Position numbers and translations under genes: made by a program. The notes under the pieces were generated by a model, which worked only from the letters and a program-made list of their open reading frames with translations, made no database searches and had not been told where the DNA came from. A stretch of DNA of 64,000 nucleotides. Source: Torpedo marmorata (lineage: Eukaryota). The stretch spans positions 14,508,001 to 14,572,000 of the forward strand of contig OZ360257.1 in NCBI GenBank assembly GCA_977017645.1, in the 5' to 3' direction. Positions 48,286-61,215 of this stretch are shown piece by piece (the first letter of the stretch is position 1; each line of letters opens with the position of its first letter).

Positions 48286-50139
48286 TCAACAATCAGCTCC
48301 TTGGTTTTGGTGAAATTGCGAGCGAGGGTATCGTTGGGGCTCAAATTCAGCCAAGTTTTCAATCTCCCTTCTGTGTGCTGATTCATCGCGCCTTTTTATA
48401 CAACCCATTAACGTGATCTTATACCGTATTGTTATTTCAGGGGAGTCTCTGAAGGAATTCATACGTGATACCAAAATAAACAAGGGTTCCACAGTGATAT
48501 TGGCAAAGCGATCTTAGAACTGAGACGACTGTAAACATTGATTACATCTGCGGAACAATTTTCCTTTTCGATATTTACAGCAGCGATAACTATTGGCACA
48601 CCTCACCATTTAAACCAACCACCTTTGAATCCAGGATGAACGAATAAAAATTTGATGTGCGCAATCAGGTTAAGATTGACAACATATATGATTACGGAGC
48701 CAAGTGGAAGCAGCACAAGTTCCAAGTATTATCTTGTTAAGATATTGTTGACTCAGGAAGAGTTGTGCTGGAATGGAGAGTGCTGCTCGTCATCCCACTG
48801 TTCATACGGTTGGTAAAGAAAATTAGAAACCATTGACGGGGATTTTTCTGTTGAACAGACGTATGGGGTAATAACATAAACGATCGCCTCATCCGAGACC
48901 AACTTTATGGAGGTAATAATAAAGGGATGAAGAGCCATACCGCACAGAAACTGTGCCTTGCTTCTCGATGTGTTTGTAGAATTGTATGTGACTTCACCGC
49001 ATCCCCGAGAAGAACAATTCAGATAGCAGTCGTGATTAAAGTTTCTCACCCGAAACATCGATATTTCATTTTAACCACGAAGGCTGCTCTATCCACTGAG
49101 TTCCTCCAGCAGATTTGTGATTCAAATATCAATCACTGTCTTGTGTAAAAAATAATCTCTTCGATCTACTTGGCAACTGACCTTACACTCGCATGGTCTT
49201 GTGCTTGTTATCCTTGTCTTTGGAAATAGATTTTGAGTATCTCCCCCATCGGTGCCTCTCAACATTTTACTTACTTTTAACAGCTTCTTCATACCGGTAG
49301 ATCTATTGTGTTCCAGGGAAAATAAGCCCCTCCCTATTAAGCACCTTCCACAACTCGGCCTCCTTTCCACGCAACATCTTGGTGAATTTTCTCTGCAACA
49401 TCTCCGGTCCAATCACATCAATAGTGTGGCGACCAGAACTATAAAAAATACTTCAAGTACGGTCTGAACAGTGTTTGTGAAATTCGAAATCTTATATTTT
49501 ATGCCCCGATTATGAAGGCAACATGGCACCTGACCTCCTCTTCGCCAAACAAACTGTGTTGCTGCTTTCAGGGAACTATGAATCCAGACCCCATGTCTTC
49601 CGTGGTGCGCGCTTTGCAGTCGTCGCGATTAAAATACACCAGTCAACGCCCTGCACAAGTTTGCACCTGATGTATGTCCTGCGACATTGTCAGTCTGTGG
49701 TATGCGAATCCAATCTGATACTTGAGGGATCATGTCAAATCGTTCATTGGACATGTTAACACCTGCAATTCCATTGCATATCATGTTAATGCATAGTATG
49801 TTCGTAAATAAGCGTGTGGTGTTCCCTGTCCCGATCCTCTGAAAGGCCAGGTTAAACATGAACATATCACGTCACTTATCCTCCCATTCCCCGTCCTTCC
49901 TTCCGTTCCGTCCTGCGGTCCCTCCATACGTCCTACCTTCCCTTCGTCCTTTCCATATCTCTTGCCCGTCCCTCCCTCTGTCTCCTCGGTGCCCACGGTA
50001 TGGCTTGGTGTATCGGACAAACGTAGACAAGGCGTCCCTTTTGTGGACAACCTGCGCTTTGTCCACAACGACAATGTCGAACACGTTTCTGTAAACTCTT
50101 CTGACATTGAGGACGCATGGTTGGCAGTATTCTGTGCAG

Positions 50140-50645
50140 TGCTGGTCAACCAAATGCAGGAAAGACATCAAAAAGATTGGAAAAAGTCCAGAGAACATTT
50201 ACAAGGTTGTTGCCGTGAGCTGAGGAGCTGAGTTCCAGGGAAAGGTTAAACACATTCCGACTTTATTCCCTGGAACGTCAGAGAATAAAGGGTGGTGTGA
50301 TATAGAGAATTATGTGGGGTATAGATCGAGTAAATGCAAGCAAGATTTTTCCCACTGAATTTCGGTGAGACCCGAACAAGAGGACATAGGTTAAATGTCA
50401 AAGTTATCATATTCAGGGGGAACATCAGGAGGAACTTCTTCACGTGAGAGAGGGTGGTCGAGCTGCCAGCTGAAGTGATGAATGCAGGATGAATTTTGAC
50501 ATTGAAGAAAAATGTGGATAGGTACATGGATGGGAGGGTATGGAGGGCTATGGTGAATGAGCAGGTCAGTGGGACTATGCAGAATAATTGTTCGGCACGG
50601 ACTTGATGGGCGGAAGGTCTCGGTTCTGTGCTGTCGCATTCGATA
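50140..50645 (+). mobile_element. CR1 LINE 3' fragment (shorter homologues at ~3140-3380, 20585-20825, 31990-32230, 36930-37170; other CR1 tails at ~9290-9580 and antisense ~6230-6740)
   Basis: Remnants of the CR1 RT end and 3' UTR (RGNFFT.RVV, LDRYMDGRG). Confidence 0.7.
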
Positions 50646-50794
50646 GTTAGGAAAATAAGGGATGTGGGAAAGTTTAATGGAGCGCAATGCAGATCAGATT
50701 TATTTTCATTTTATAGAGGTTTTATATTCTTATTTACACGTTAGAAACATGACTTGCCACCGGATCTGCTAATTATTTATCAAAAATCATAGCT

Positions 50795-51344
50795 CCCAAT
50801 GGATCCTATGATATTTTTATTTGGAGATATTAAAAGAATTAGTACCAAGATGAAATTAAATATGTATCAAATAGAATTTTTGCGAATTGCTTTAGCTGTT
50901 TCTAAGAAATGTATTGCTCTTACTTGGAAATCTGATGTAGACTTAGGGTTAGAATGGTGGCATGCAGAGCTTCGTTCATGTATACCACTTGAAAAAATTA
51001 CTTACAATTTACGGAATAAATATCATTTCTTTTTGAAAACATGGAGCCCATATATAAAAACGGTTGGTTTAAGGATTTGAAGATCTCTGGATATCAGATC
51101 TGACTGGTGACCCTATTTTCCACAATAAAATTAGTTTATAGTTGTTCTTTTTTTTCAGATTGACATTCTCCTTATATCTTTTTCTTTTCTCTTTTTCTTT
51201 TCTATTTTATAGATTAGTAGGGGTGGGAGGGTTAGGGTGGGGAGGGAGGCTGGGGGGGGTAGAAAATATATCACATGTATTTTGATAATTTTGCATTTTA
51301 TACAGTGTATTGTGTGATTTAAAATTTTAAATAAAATATTTTTA
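50795..51344 (+). mobile_element. L1-clade LINE 3' fragment
   Basis: ORF2 C-terminus (AVSKKCIALTWKS...LEKITYNLR...TWSPYI), G-rich 3' UTR, AATAAA, and a 13-bp TSD AAAAATCATAGCT (50782-50794 and 51345-51357). Confidence 0.88.
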
Positions 51345-52336
51345 AAAAATCATAGCTGTTATATTTCTGCGCGCTGTGACTTCACTCGGGATTCCCAACG
51401 CGAAACGTCGACTGACCCTTTCTCTCCACGGATGCTGCCTCACTCGCTTGTAAACATCGCCACATCCGAGCAGAGTGCAGGCCCTTCAACCTACGATGTT
51501 GTGCCGCCCGCTGCAGAGTAAAAGTACGCCACGACCATCTAATTTTCCCCAACTCACACTCACAACACTCTTTGAATCCTTCCAGTTACTCCCTATTCAA
51601 CAAATATTCCAGCATCTGCAGTTCTTGTGGTTTCTCGTTTCTTATAATTTAATCATTCACACGCATCTCCTTCATCACCCTTTTCCTTATCTCTATCGCA
51701 GGATGGGGCATCTCATCGCACCATCACCGCCTTCTCCCGTTGACGTTTGTTGGTGTGGCGCATTCAATCGAAATGTTCAATTCTCGGCTGTTACTTTTCT
51801 GACCCCTGGTTCAGCTTCGCGTAACGTTCTGTTCTCTTTGGCAGCCGTTGAAATGAAAGAAAGAATTCACCTGTCCCTGAATGAGACAGACTTTGGGATG
51901 ATGATGGATCGCACCTGACAAATTAGATTCACGTGTCGAAATAATGCATCAGAATATCAGATGAACCCCAATAGAAACGACGAGCACAGGAAGTCTTATA
52001 AAAGTGGGACCACATACCCTCAAAGAAGAAGCAAATGTGAAGCAAAGGGAGATGGATGAACGCGAAACTCTGGTCCCATGGTTCTAGGTCACGTGTGGCA
52101 GCGAGTTCGCACCTGAACCTTGTTTGTTACAATAACACTTGTTCATTGCTGTGAGCGGAGCAATGTCAGTTCATTAATTTAGAATGACCTGGTTCTCTTA
52201 AATCGCGTATGTGGAAATGTTATGCAATTTAATGTCCCAGTGGAAGCGGCTGCCCTATAAATTATACTTCACGGTGAATCGCATCGATTTGGCACCTGGA
52301 CCTGTGCTGTACAGAAAACGCTCCTATCCCCAAAAG

Positions 52337-52397
52337 ATGCCACGAATACAAGCCACGGAGATCTTCTATCCAATTCTTGCAATTGTTGGCATTCCTG
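52337..52397 (+). CDS. GPR139-like GPCR type A copy 5, exon 1 (MPRIQATEIFYPILAIVGIP)
   Basis: The ATG used by other copies is ATA here; an in-frame ATG lies 3 codons upstream at 52337. Donor gtaagt at 52398. Confidence 0.75.
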
Positions 52398-54196
52398 GTA
52401 AGTGATTTTGCTGCGATCTCCGCCGTTTGGTTCCTGGTTGTCCGTATTCCGGAGTAGTATCCACTCTTTACCGCGTGTACTAATCACTGCACATTGATCC
52501 GATTTTAATTTACGCGAGAACTGTTGCATGATTTGCTGCTTCTGCCGTCACCCGACACAGAGCGGTCCTGACTGGGATCAAGAGAGAGAAAGTTGGTCAG
52601 CCGTCGCCCTGTCAGGATTTGAAGAATCATTTAACCTGAAATTGTTGAAGGTGGGCAATGTCCAGTCATTGGAAAATAAAACCGGCGACCTCAGAGCAAA
52701 GCTGTTTATCACACACTGGTGAGACAAATCTCGGTTGGTTGCTGTCCTGAGACGTGGCTCACAAAGAACACAACGGACTCTACGATCCGTCGAGATGTTT
52801 TCATCATTCACAGACTGGACGTGAACCTGGATTCTGGCAGGGTGAGAGGGCATGGTGCGCGCATTTCAGTTAATATCCGTTGGTGCATGGACGTTCGGGT
52901 TATGTCGCCGCCTGTTCCATTGCCTCATAGCAAATACCCATCTAATGAAAACCCTTCAATATACCCCGAGATTTCTCATCAGTGATTCTCTCCGGTGTCT
53001 ATCTCCTTCCCGATGACGATTACAAACAGGCACTTGCGGAGCTGCAGAGGGTGGTCAGTAAACAAGCGACGGCCCATCCCGAGTCACCTCAAATCACAGT
53101 CGGTGACTTCAACCGGGCCCCTCTGAAGAAACCCCAACAGAATTATCACTAGCACGTAACCTGCTGTACCAGAGGTACCAGCAAATTTGATCAATGCGAC
53201 GACAACATGAGGAAGACCTGTCGTTCTTTCACGACACCGCATTGTAGTGTTTGCTGTCCTCCCCATCTAAATCCCTCATCATCTTGTCTACCCCCAATAA
53301 TTCACCTCTTACCCTTCGTCGCTGCAAAGAGAAAAACCCTAGATCTGTCAGCCTTCCTTCATATGAAATGTTCTCCAATCCAGGCAACACCTTTCCACCC
53401 TCTCCAGACCACCAACATCCTATAAGCAGGCGTCCGGAACTGAACGCAACGTATTGAACTGTTTATCGTCAGCTGTACGGAGAAAAGTGAAAAGGCGTTG
53501 TTTTGCGATCTATCCAGGCAAATCAACCCACACAAAATACAGCAGACAGTTCATGGATAAACATATTACAGGTGATAGTGATACAATTAAATACAGCATA
53601 CCGAGTTAAAGACAAAAGTGCATTACCTTTACTCATGAGATGTCCATTCAAGAGACTGGCAGCAGGAAAATAAGTGCCCTTGAATCTAGTGGGGTGCGAT
53701 TTTTTTCTAAATTCGTGCTTATTCTGCCAGACGGGACTAAGAAAGAGATAGTGCGATCGAGGTGGAATTGATACTTTAACATGTGAACTGATTATTTACC
53801 CCGAGACCGGGGGAGGTAAGGACGGAGTCGATGGACGGGAGGGTGGCCTGTTTGAAAACCCTGAATTGCTTCCATTACTCTCCCAATTTCTTAAGACCCC
53901 GAGCAGAGCAGTTTCCACACCAATCTGTGATGCACCCGCACCGGACACTTTCTATTATTTTTCTGCACACAACAGTCAGTGTCAATAAGGCCAGGCCGAA
54001 TTTCCTCAGCTTATGAGGAAGTGGAGGCGTTGCTGCATTTTCCGTTCCGTTGCGCCAGTGTAATGTCAGCAACTGCATCATTTACAGGGACATACAAATT
54101 ATACGTTAGATTATTCCCAAGGAATCCGTAGTTTAAAACCCGTTAAAGCTGTTGGATTTTTTTCTGATAATTTCCTGATTTTCCATCTTGTTACAG

Positions 54197-55098
54197 CTAA
54201 CCTGCTCTCCATTGTGGTCCTGTCCCGGGGAATGTGCGGTCTGTCCAAAGGAGTGATTCGTTACATGGTCACCATGGCTGCTGCAGGCACAATGGTCTGT
54301 GTGTTTAACGTTGCGGTAGGAAACGTCTTCCGCTATCATTTTCCCGATTTATTCCTGGCACACACCTCCACTTGTCGTCTAACATCCTTTACACAGAGAT
54401 CCAGCGTGCAATTCTCTGTCTGGGCCACGGTATCATTCACAATCGACCGCTTCATTGCCATTTGTTGCCAGAAATTGAAAACCAAATATTGTACCGAAAG
54501 AAACGCCGCGGTGATTCTAACGACGGTGTGTGTGCTTAGCTTTTTGATGCACATTCCAGCTTATTTCCAGTATGAACTCCATTACGTTGTGGGTGATGTC
54601 CAATGGGGCTGCCGTACTATAACACAATATCTTTCTTCACCAGCATGGCAGACTTACAGATGGTTGTCCAATCTCGTTTTATCATTTGTGCCACTGCCGC
54701 TGATGTTGCTGTTGAATTCTCTCACCGCCCTGCACATTTTACAGGTCAGCAGAGCTCGGAGGGCTTTGAAGCGCCGTGTGGACGGTGAGGTCCGTGATCC
54801 CGAGATGACGAGCCGAAGGACGTCCATTATTTTGCTCCTCGCCATCTCTGGGACGTTCATAGCGTTGTGGACACCGGTTACGATAATTGAACTATGTTTC
54901 CAACTCACCTCAAGTTTTGCTATCGACGCCCCGATGTCACTGTACCTGGCAATTAGAATCGCGATCCTGCTGATGTATTTGAGTTCCTGTACAAACACTT
55001 TAGTTTATGCATTGACACAGAGGAGATTCCGGGAGGAAGTGACGAAGCTGTTAAAATATCCATTTATTGTCCTAGGTCGGTTTTTTAAAACCAATTAA
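54197..55098 (+). CDS. GPR139-like GPCR type A copy 5, exon 2 (~320 aa spliced)
   Basis: Acceptor ttacag at 54196; intact 7TM frame (ORF 54214-55098). TM2 reads MAAAG instead of MAVAD. Confidence 0.87.
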
Positions 55099-56721
55099 GC
55101 AGCCACGATGAATCAAAGTTCCTGGCACTGCTCCTCAGTTCGTTTCCTATTTAACTCTTGACGTTTCCGAATCTTCCCCAGTTTGGTAAGGCACACCACA
55201 CACACCATTCCCACACCAACATGTCTGTACATGGACTCATGTGTTGCCAAATGGAGGCTATCTGCTAATTGGAGGAACACCACCTTATATTCTATCTTGG
55301 CTGTCTCAAACAGACTTCATCAATATCGAATTGGAATTTCGGTTAACAACTTCTCCATGGGTCCACCTCCTTCCCTATCCCTCCGTCTCCTATCCTCCAG
55401 CCCCAACGCCTTCCATCTCCTATCAGAGAGCTACCACACCCCTTTCACTTCTCACCTTGTTTATCTTCTACCTTCCCACCTATATAAATCTTACCTCTTA
55501 CCTGTTAGCATGTGCTCCCCCACTTTCTCATCCCTCACTCCTCTCCACCCCTCCCCCCATCTTTTTAGACAGGTGCCTGCCTTTTTTTCAGCCTTATTCC
55601 CTATGAAGAGCCTGAATGTTGGTTCTCCTTTACTTTCTGTTGATGCTGCGTGACCTGTTGAGTTTCTCCACCATCCGGGCATCTGACGACTTTCTTGTTT
55701 AACTCTTATTTCTAATTCTTACCCTGAAGCTTTTTATAAGCAAGGTTAGCGTAGCGGTTATTGCAACACTATCACCGCGCCAGGGACCTGGGTTCGAATC
55801 CAGCGCCGCCAGTAAGGAGTTTGGATGTTCTCCCCGTGCCCGCGTGGGTCCCCCGGGTACTCCGGCTTCTTTCCACCCTTCAAAACGCACGAGTGCTGTA
55901 AGTTAATTGGCTTATTTGGGGGGAAACTGTGTGATAGTTGGATTTTTTCGGACTCTTCTGACCTTTCATGTAAGCCATCCGTTTCGAGTAAGTGGAGGAA
56001 AGCTTTGGGAGACGCAGAGATAGATTGTTTTACACAGAGAGCAGTGGGTGCCTCCAATGCGTTGCCGGGAGTGGTGGAAGACGTTTGTACAATAGAAACA
56101 CGCAAATGACTCTGACTTTGACTTATGGATGTACGAAAAGAGGAGAGATATGGGTGTGAAGTATGGAAGGATTAGATGGTTGAGGAGTAGGTTTATATCG
56201 GTCGGCGCAACATCGTGGCCCAAAGGAAATGTACTGTGCCGCTATGTTCTGTGTTCTAAAATAGTCATGGCTTAAATTAAATTAAAGAACACGGTGGTCG
56301 ATTTATAAATTCAGAATAAATGTTCTCTTCATGAACATGAATACAAATTAATATCAGATAATTTGGAAAAAGGGAAGGCGCTGCAAAAGCATTTTATTGC
56401 CTAAAGGCGACCACTGGATGGCTGACCACTGTAAATGTGTAAACAATTCAACGAAATGTTCAACGACACGTGAAAAAAAAGTTGCCCAGTTTAATAATTT
56501 GATCAAACTCTACTTTAGGTTTATGGTCACACATACAAAGATGATAAGATGGAGTTTTTATTTTGAAACATAGCAGTAGATATTTCATACATAGTTCAAC
56601 AGGTGAGACACAATAAAATAAATCAGAGTTACAGAGAAGAAGAGAGAGAGTGAGCGAGAGCGAGAGAGGGAGAGGTAGAGGTAGAAGCAGAGGTAGATCT
56701 GGAGGGAACGGATGAGGAAGG

Positions 56722-56753
<32 letters not shown>

Positions 56754-57959
56754 GAAGGAGTGGTAGATCTGGAGGGAACGGGAGAGAAAGGGGGAGAGAG
56801 GACGAGAGAGAGAGGGAGTGGGAGAGAGAGAGAGGGGGGGAGAGGAAGAAGGAGTTGTAGATCTAGAGGGAACGGGAGAGAAGGGGGGAGAGAGGGCGAG
56901 AGAGAGAGAGAGAGAAATAGAGAGAGAGAGAGAGAGAAGTTGCTACGAACAAAGGCAACATAATTTTACTATCTTGGGACCAATATACAAAATGTAGGGA
57001 ATTCTCAGCAGGTCTGGCGTAAGCTGTGTCAGAATCTTTAATTAAATTCAGTTCAAGAGCAGAATCGAACTACATCGATTCAAGCATTTGCAAATTATTT
57101 TCTTTTTTTCAACTTTTTAAAAAGTCTATCCCAAAACGTAGGTCTGAGTGCTGAAACAGTACGCCCGAACTAGGAGATAATTTAGCAGAGTATCTGCGAG
57201 AATGACCTAATTATTTTAATTCAGGGGGACCGATCAACCCATCGTGTCGATTCTGCCGCAAAAGACTCGTTTTTCCCCCAAGAAGCATATTTTATGGCTC
57301 TGCAACTATTCACGTAGTTATTTTGAAAATGAGATGCAATATTCTTTTTTCACCACACTGACTCAAATTCAGATTTTCAAGGTGCGGCTTTCCGAAGGCA
57401 GGGTTCATAATGCTGAAAATATTATGTGCAGCAGTGTTTCCTGGCAATGCAAAACAAATCACATATATATATTTGCACACGTCGATTGTCTGGGAACAGC
57501 GCGACGAAGCCCAATGAAATACTGTAAACAATTTGTTGGAGATTTTGAAAACCAATTACAGTTTGTTATTTATTATCTGAATTATTTGCTCTGATTTTTC
57601 TGTGGATTTTAAAACAATTACATTTCCCACCTGAACGCGAAATGGTGAAATATTTTTCAAGATGCCAACTCTGAATTTAAATAACACTTATGAACAGTCA
57701 AATCATCGCAAATGCTTGCGTTTGTTCGCTCTTTCAGGAATTTGTATGTAAACGTCCTCATTGTAATAACGACGACGTGCAAATATTTTGTTGATTGGAA
57801 TGATTCATGCCCCTGATCAACCTCAGCAATTATGACTCGACTTCGTATATTGTCTGCAATGAAAATCTGTGACGAATGAGTATCATCATGTGTTCATATG
57901 TCACCAGAGGTTTACTTTATTTATAAGTGAGGCATTACTGTGAAGTCCAGTAAACTTAA

Positions 57960-58025
57960 ACGAAGCGACCAGTAATTATACAGATGAAAATATACTATCC
58001 TATACTTGAACAGTTGGTGGACTTG
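57960..58025 (+). pseudogene. Type B GPCR pseudogene, copy 5, exon 1 remnant (any exon 2 would lie beyond the L1 insertion and the window edge)
   Basis: ACG AAG CGA CCA GTA ATT ATA CAG ATG AAA ATA TAC TAT CCT ATA CTT ... G|gtaag, i.e. (T)KRPVIIQ..IYYPIL, a GPR139-like N-terminus. Confidence 0.6.
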
Positions 58026-58328
58026 GTAAGCCATCTAACATAATCTAAAACGGTTGCTTACTCGAATTTTAATGCACAGCTTCTCCAACCGGCGCAATGC
58101 TCTTGACGCGTTGGTTTTGCTGACGTAAGTGTCCAACTTTAAGGAAACAACTCCCAAGTGTTCGAGATGTATTTCCATTTTTAACTTTTCAAAATGCGGT
58201 GACATAATGTGCAGTGAATGAATGGAAATAGTTGATCTTTGCATGTGGATAAATAATTTTAATAGGCGGTGCACAGCCAAACCAGACACTCAGAAAGAAT
58301 GCCCGCAGGCCGATCCAATATACGGAAG

Positions 58329-60150
58329 CTTTTACAGATCTGTGAAGAGAAAAAGATTTGTTAAGACAAATGTAGGTCCCTTACAGACGGAAACAGGTGA
58401 ATTGATCATGGGGATCAACGACATTGCAGACCAACTGAATAAATACTTTGGTTCTGTCTTCAGTAAGGAGGACATAAATAATATTCCGGAAATTGTAGGG
58501 GACCGAGGGTCTAACGAGATGGAGGAACTAACTGAAGGATATACATGTTAGTCGGGAAGTTGTGTTAGGTAAATTGAAGGGATTGAAGTCAGATAAATCC
58601 CCAGGGCAAGATAGTCTGCATCCCAGAGTGCTTAAGGAAGTAGCCCCAGAAATAGTGGATGCATTTGTGATAATTTTTCAAAACTATTTTGATCTGGAGT
58701 AGTTCCTGAGGATTGGAGGGTAGCAAATGTAACCCCACTTTTCAAAAAGGGAGGGAGAGAGAAAACGTGGAATTATAGACCAGTTAGCCTGACGTCAGTG
58801 GTAGGAAAAATGCTAGAGTCAGTTATTAAAGATGTGATAGCAGCACATTTGGAAAGCAGTGAAATCATCGGACAAAGTCAGCATGGATTTATGAAAGGAA
58901 AATCATGTCTGACCAATCTTATAGAATTTTAAGAGGATGTAACTAGTAGAGTAGATAAGGGAGAACCAGTGGATGTGGTATATTTGGATTTTCAAAAGGC
59001 TTTTGATAAGGTCCCACACAGGAGATAAGTGTGCACATTTAAAGCACACGGTATTGGTGGTATGGTATTGATGTGGATAGAGAATTGGTTGGCAGACAGG
59101 AAGCAGAGAGTGGGAATAAACGGGTCCTTTTCAGAATGGCGGGCAGTTACTAGCGGGATACCGCAATGCTCGGTGCTGGGACCCCAGTTATTTACAAGAT
59201 ATATTAATGATTTAGACGAGGGTCTTGAATGCCACATCTCCATGTTTGCGGATGACGCGAAGCTGGGCGGCAGTAGTAGCTGTGAGGAGGATGCTAAGAG
59301 GATGCAGGGGGACTTTGATAGGTTGGGTAAGTGTGAAAATGCATGGTAGATGCAGTATAATGTGGATAAATGTGAGGTTATCCACTTTGCTGACAAGAAC
59401 AGGAAAGCAGATTATTATCTGAGTGGTGGCCGATTAGGAAAAGGAGAGGTGCAGCGAGACGTGGGTGTCATTGTACACCAGTCTTTGAAAGTGGGCATGC
59501 AGGTCCAGCAGGCAGTGAAAAAGGCAAGGGGATTCGAGTACAGGAGCAGGGAGGTTGTGCTTCAGTTGTACAGGGCCTTGGTGAGACCACACCTGGAGTA
59601 TTGTGTACAGTTTTGGTCTCCTAATCTGAGGAAAGACATTCTTGCCATAGAGCGTGTGCAGAGAAGATTCACCAGATTGATTCCTGGGATGGCAGGACTT
59701 TCATATGAAGAAAGACTTGGCCGACTAGGCTTATACTCGGTGGAATTTCGAAGATTGAGGGGGGATCTTATTGAAACATATAAAATTCTTAAGGGATTGG
59801 ATAGGCTGGATGCAGGAAGATTGTTCCCGATGTTGGGAAAGTCTACAACCAGGGATCACAGTTTAAGGATAAGGGGGAAATCTTTTAGGACTGAGATGAG
59901 TAAGAATGTCTTCATACAGAGAGTGGTGAATCTGTGGAATTCTCTGCCACAGGAAACAGTAGAGGCCAGTTAATTGGCTATATTTAAGAGGGAGCTAGAT
60001 GTGGTCTTTGTGGCTCAGGGGATCAGGGGGTATGGTAAGAAAGCAGGTACAGAATATTGAGTTGGATGATCAGCCATGATCATACTGAATGGCGGTGCGG
60101 GATAGAAGGGCCGAATGGCCTGCTCCTGCACCTATTTTTTTGTTTCTATG
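58329..60150 (+). mobile_element. CR1-clade LINE, 5'-truncated, with stops
   Basis: [82 protein letters not shown]; 3' end gggccgaatggcctgctcctgcacct...tttctatg. Interrupts TACGGAAG|TATG, which is intact in the other units. Confidence 0.92.
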
Positions 60151-61172
60151 TGTGCTATCTTGCTTCATAACAAAGCGAATTTACACCGCTAACGATAAAT
60201 CTAAGGCCCAGCCTGGTAGCTTTTGTTTCCTCGACTTATCTACAGCTTAAGGACAGGGGCAGAGCAGCCTGATTGTTCATATTGCAAACAACAGCTAAAT
60301 GGAGCTTCCCACTGCTCCACGCAGCAACAGAGCGCAATATAAACTCGTCTGCAATACCATCCCAGGATGGTATCCACAATTATCCACAATTTCCAGAGGA
60401 GTTGAGCATGTCTCATCATCTGATTGTAACTTCCATCGTGTTTACTATGCAGGAAGAGCTTCCAAAGAAAGACTTTAGATCAACACCAACATGAACAGCG
60501 TTTGGAAAGCTATTGGAAAGGTTCCGAGGACCAGGATGAATTTGAACTTGGAGAGAAGGGTATTGATGAGTAATAGTTAGCATAACCTGGTTGATGGCAG
60601 AGCCTATCCAACCGATTTGGGCTTTCTTTCGAGGAGCGGCAAAAGGTGTCGATGAGAATAGTGCAGGTGATGAAGGTGACAAGAATTTCTTCACACCCTT
60701 GACAAGTGTATAGATAATGCAGTGGTCCAAAACGACAACAGATCTTGGGATCTCAGGCAATTCATAAGTTTGATTTCAATATTGGCCTGGTAATAGAAGG
60801 TAATTGCTGATGATGTAACAGGGAAAATAGAACAGTGTTGTGCTCACGGAATAACCTACACTACCAAGGGCCGAGAATTTCCCTCCTGTGTAACGCTCAA
60901 TTTTTCGCTCTTCTATGTACGTATCTAATCGTTTCTTAAAAAAATCCTCTTCTACCTGTCCCACCACCGTTGCCGGCCGCACATTTCATGCACCCACCCC
61001 TCCACTCTCTGTGAAGAACGTACCTCTAACATCGCCCTTGTACTTACTGCTAAGTACCTTTCAAACTCCTCCCGCTCGCCACCCCCTACATGGACGGTTG
61101 TCTTTACGACTGGAAGCGTATCTTCCATCGGGAGAAAAGGTCAAACTATAGGATGAACTCAGCGGGTTGATC

Positions 61173-61174
<2 letters not shown>

Positions 61175-61215
<41 letters not shown>

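Larger units (their letters stand above)
43535..48420 (-). mobile_element. Older antisense Rex/Babar-like LINE fragment hosting the Rex and Penelope insertions
   Basis: The pieces 43535-43609, 44523-44899 and 48300-48420 join into a minus-strand RT C-terminal remnant (ELIVDFRK, DESAHRREIENL). Confidence 0.7.
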
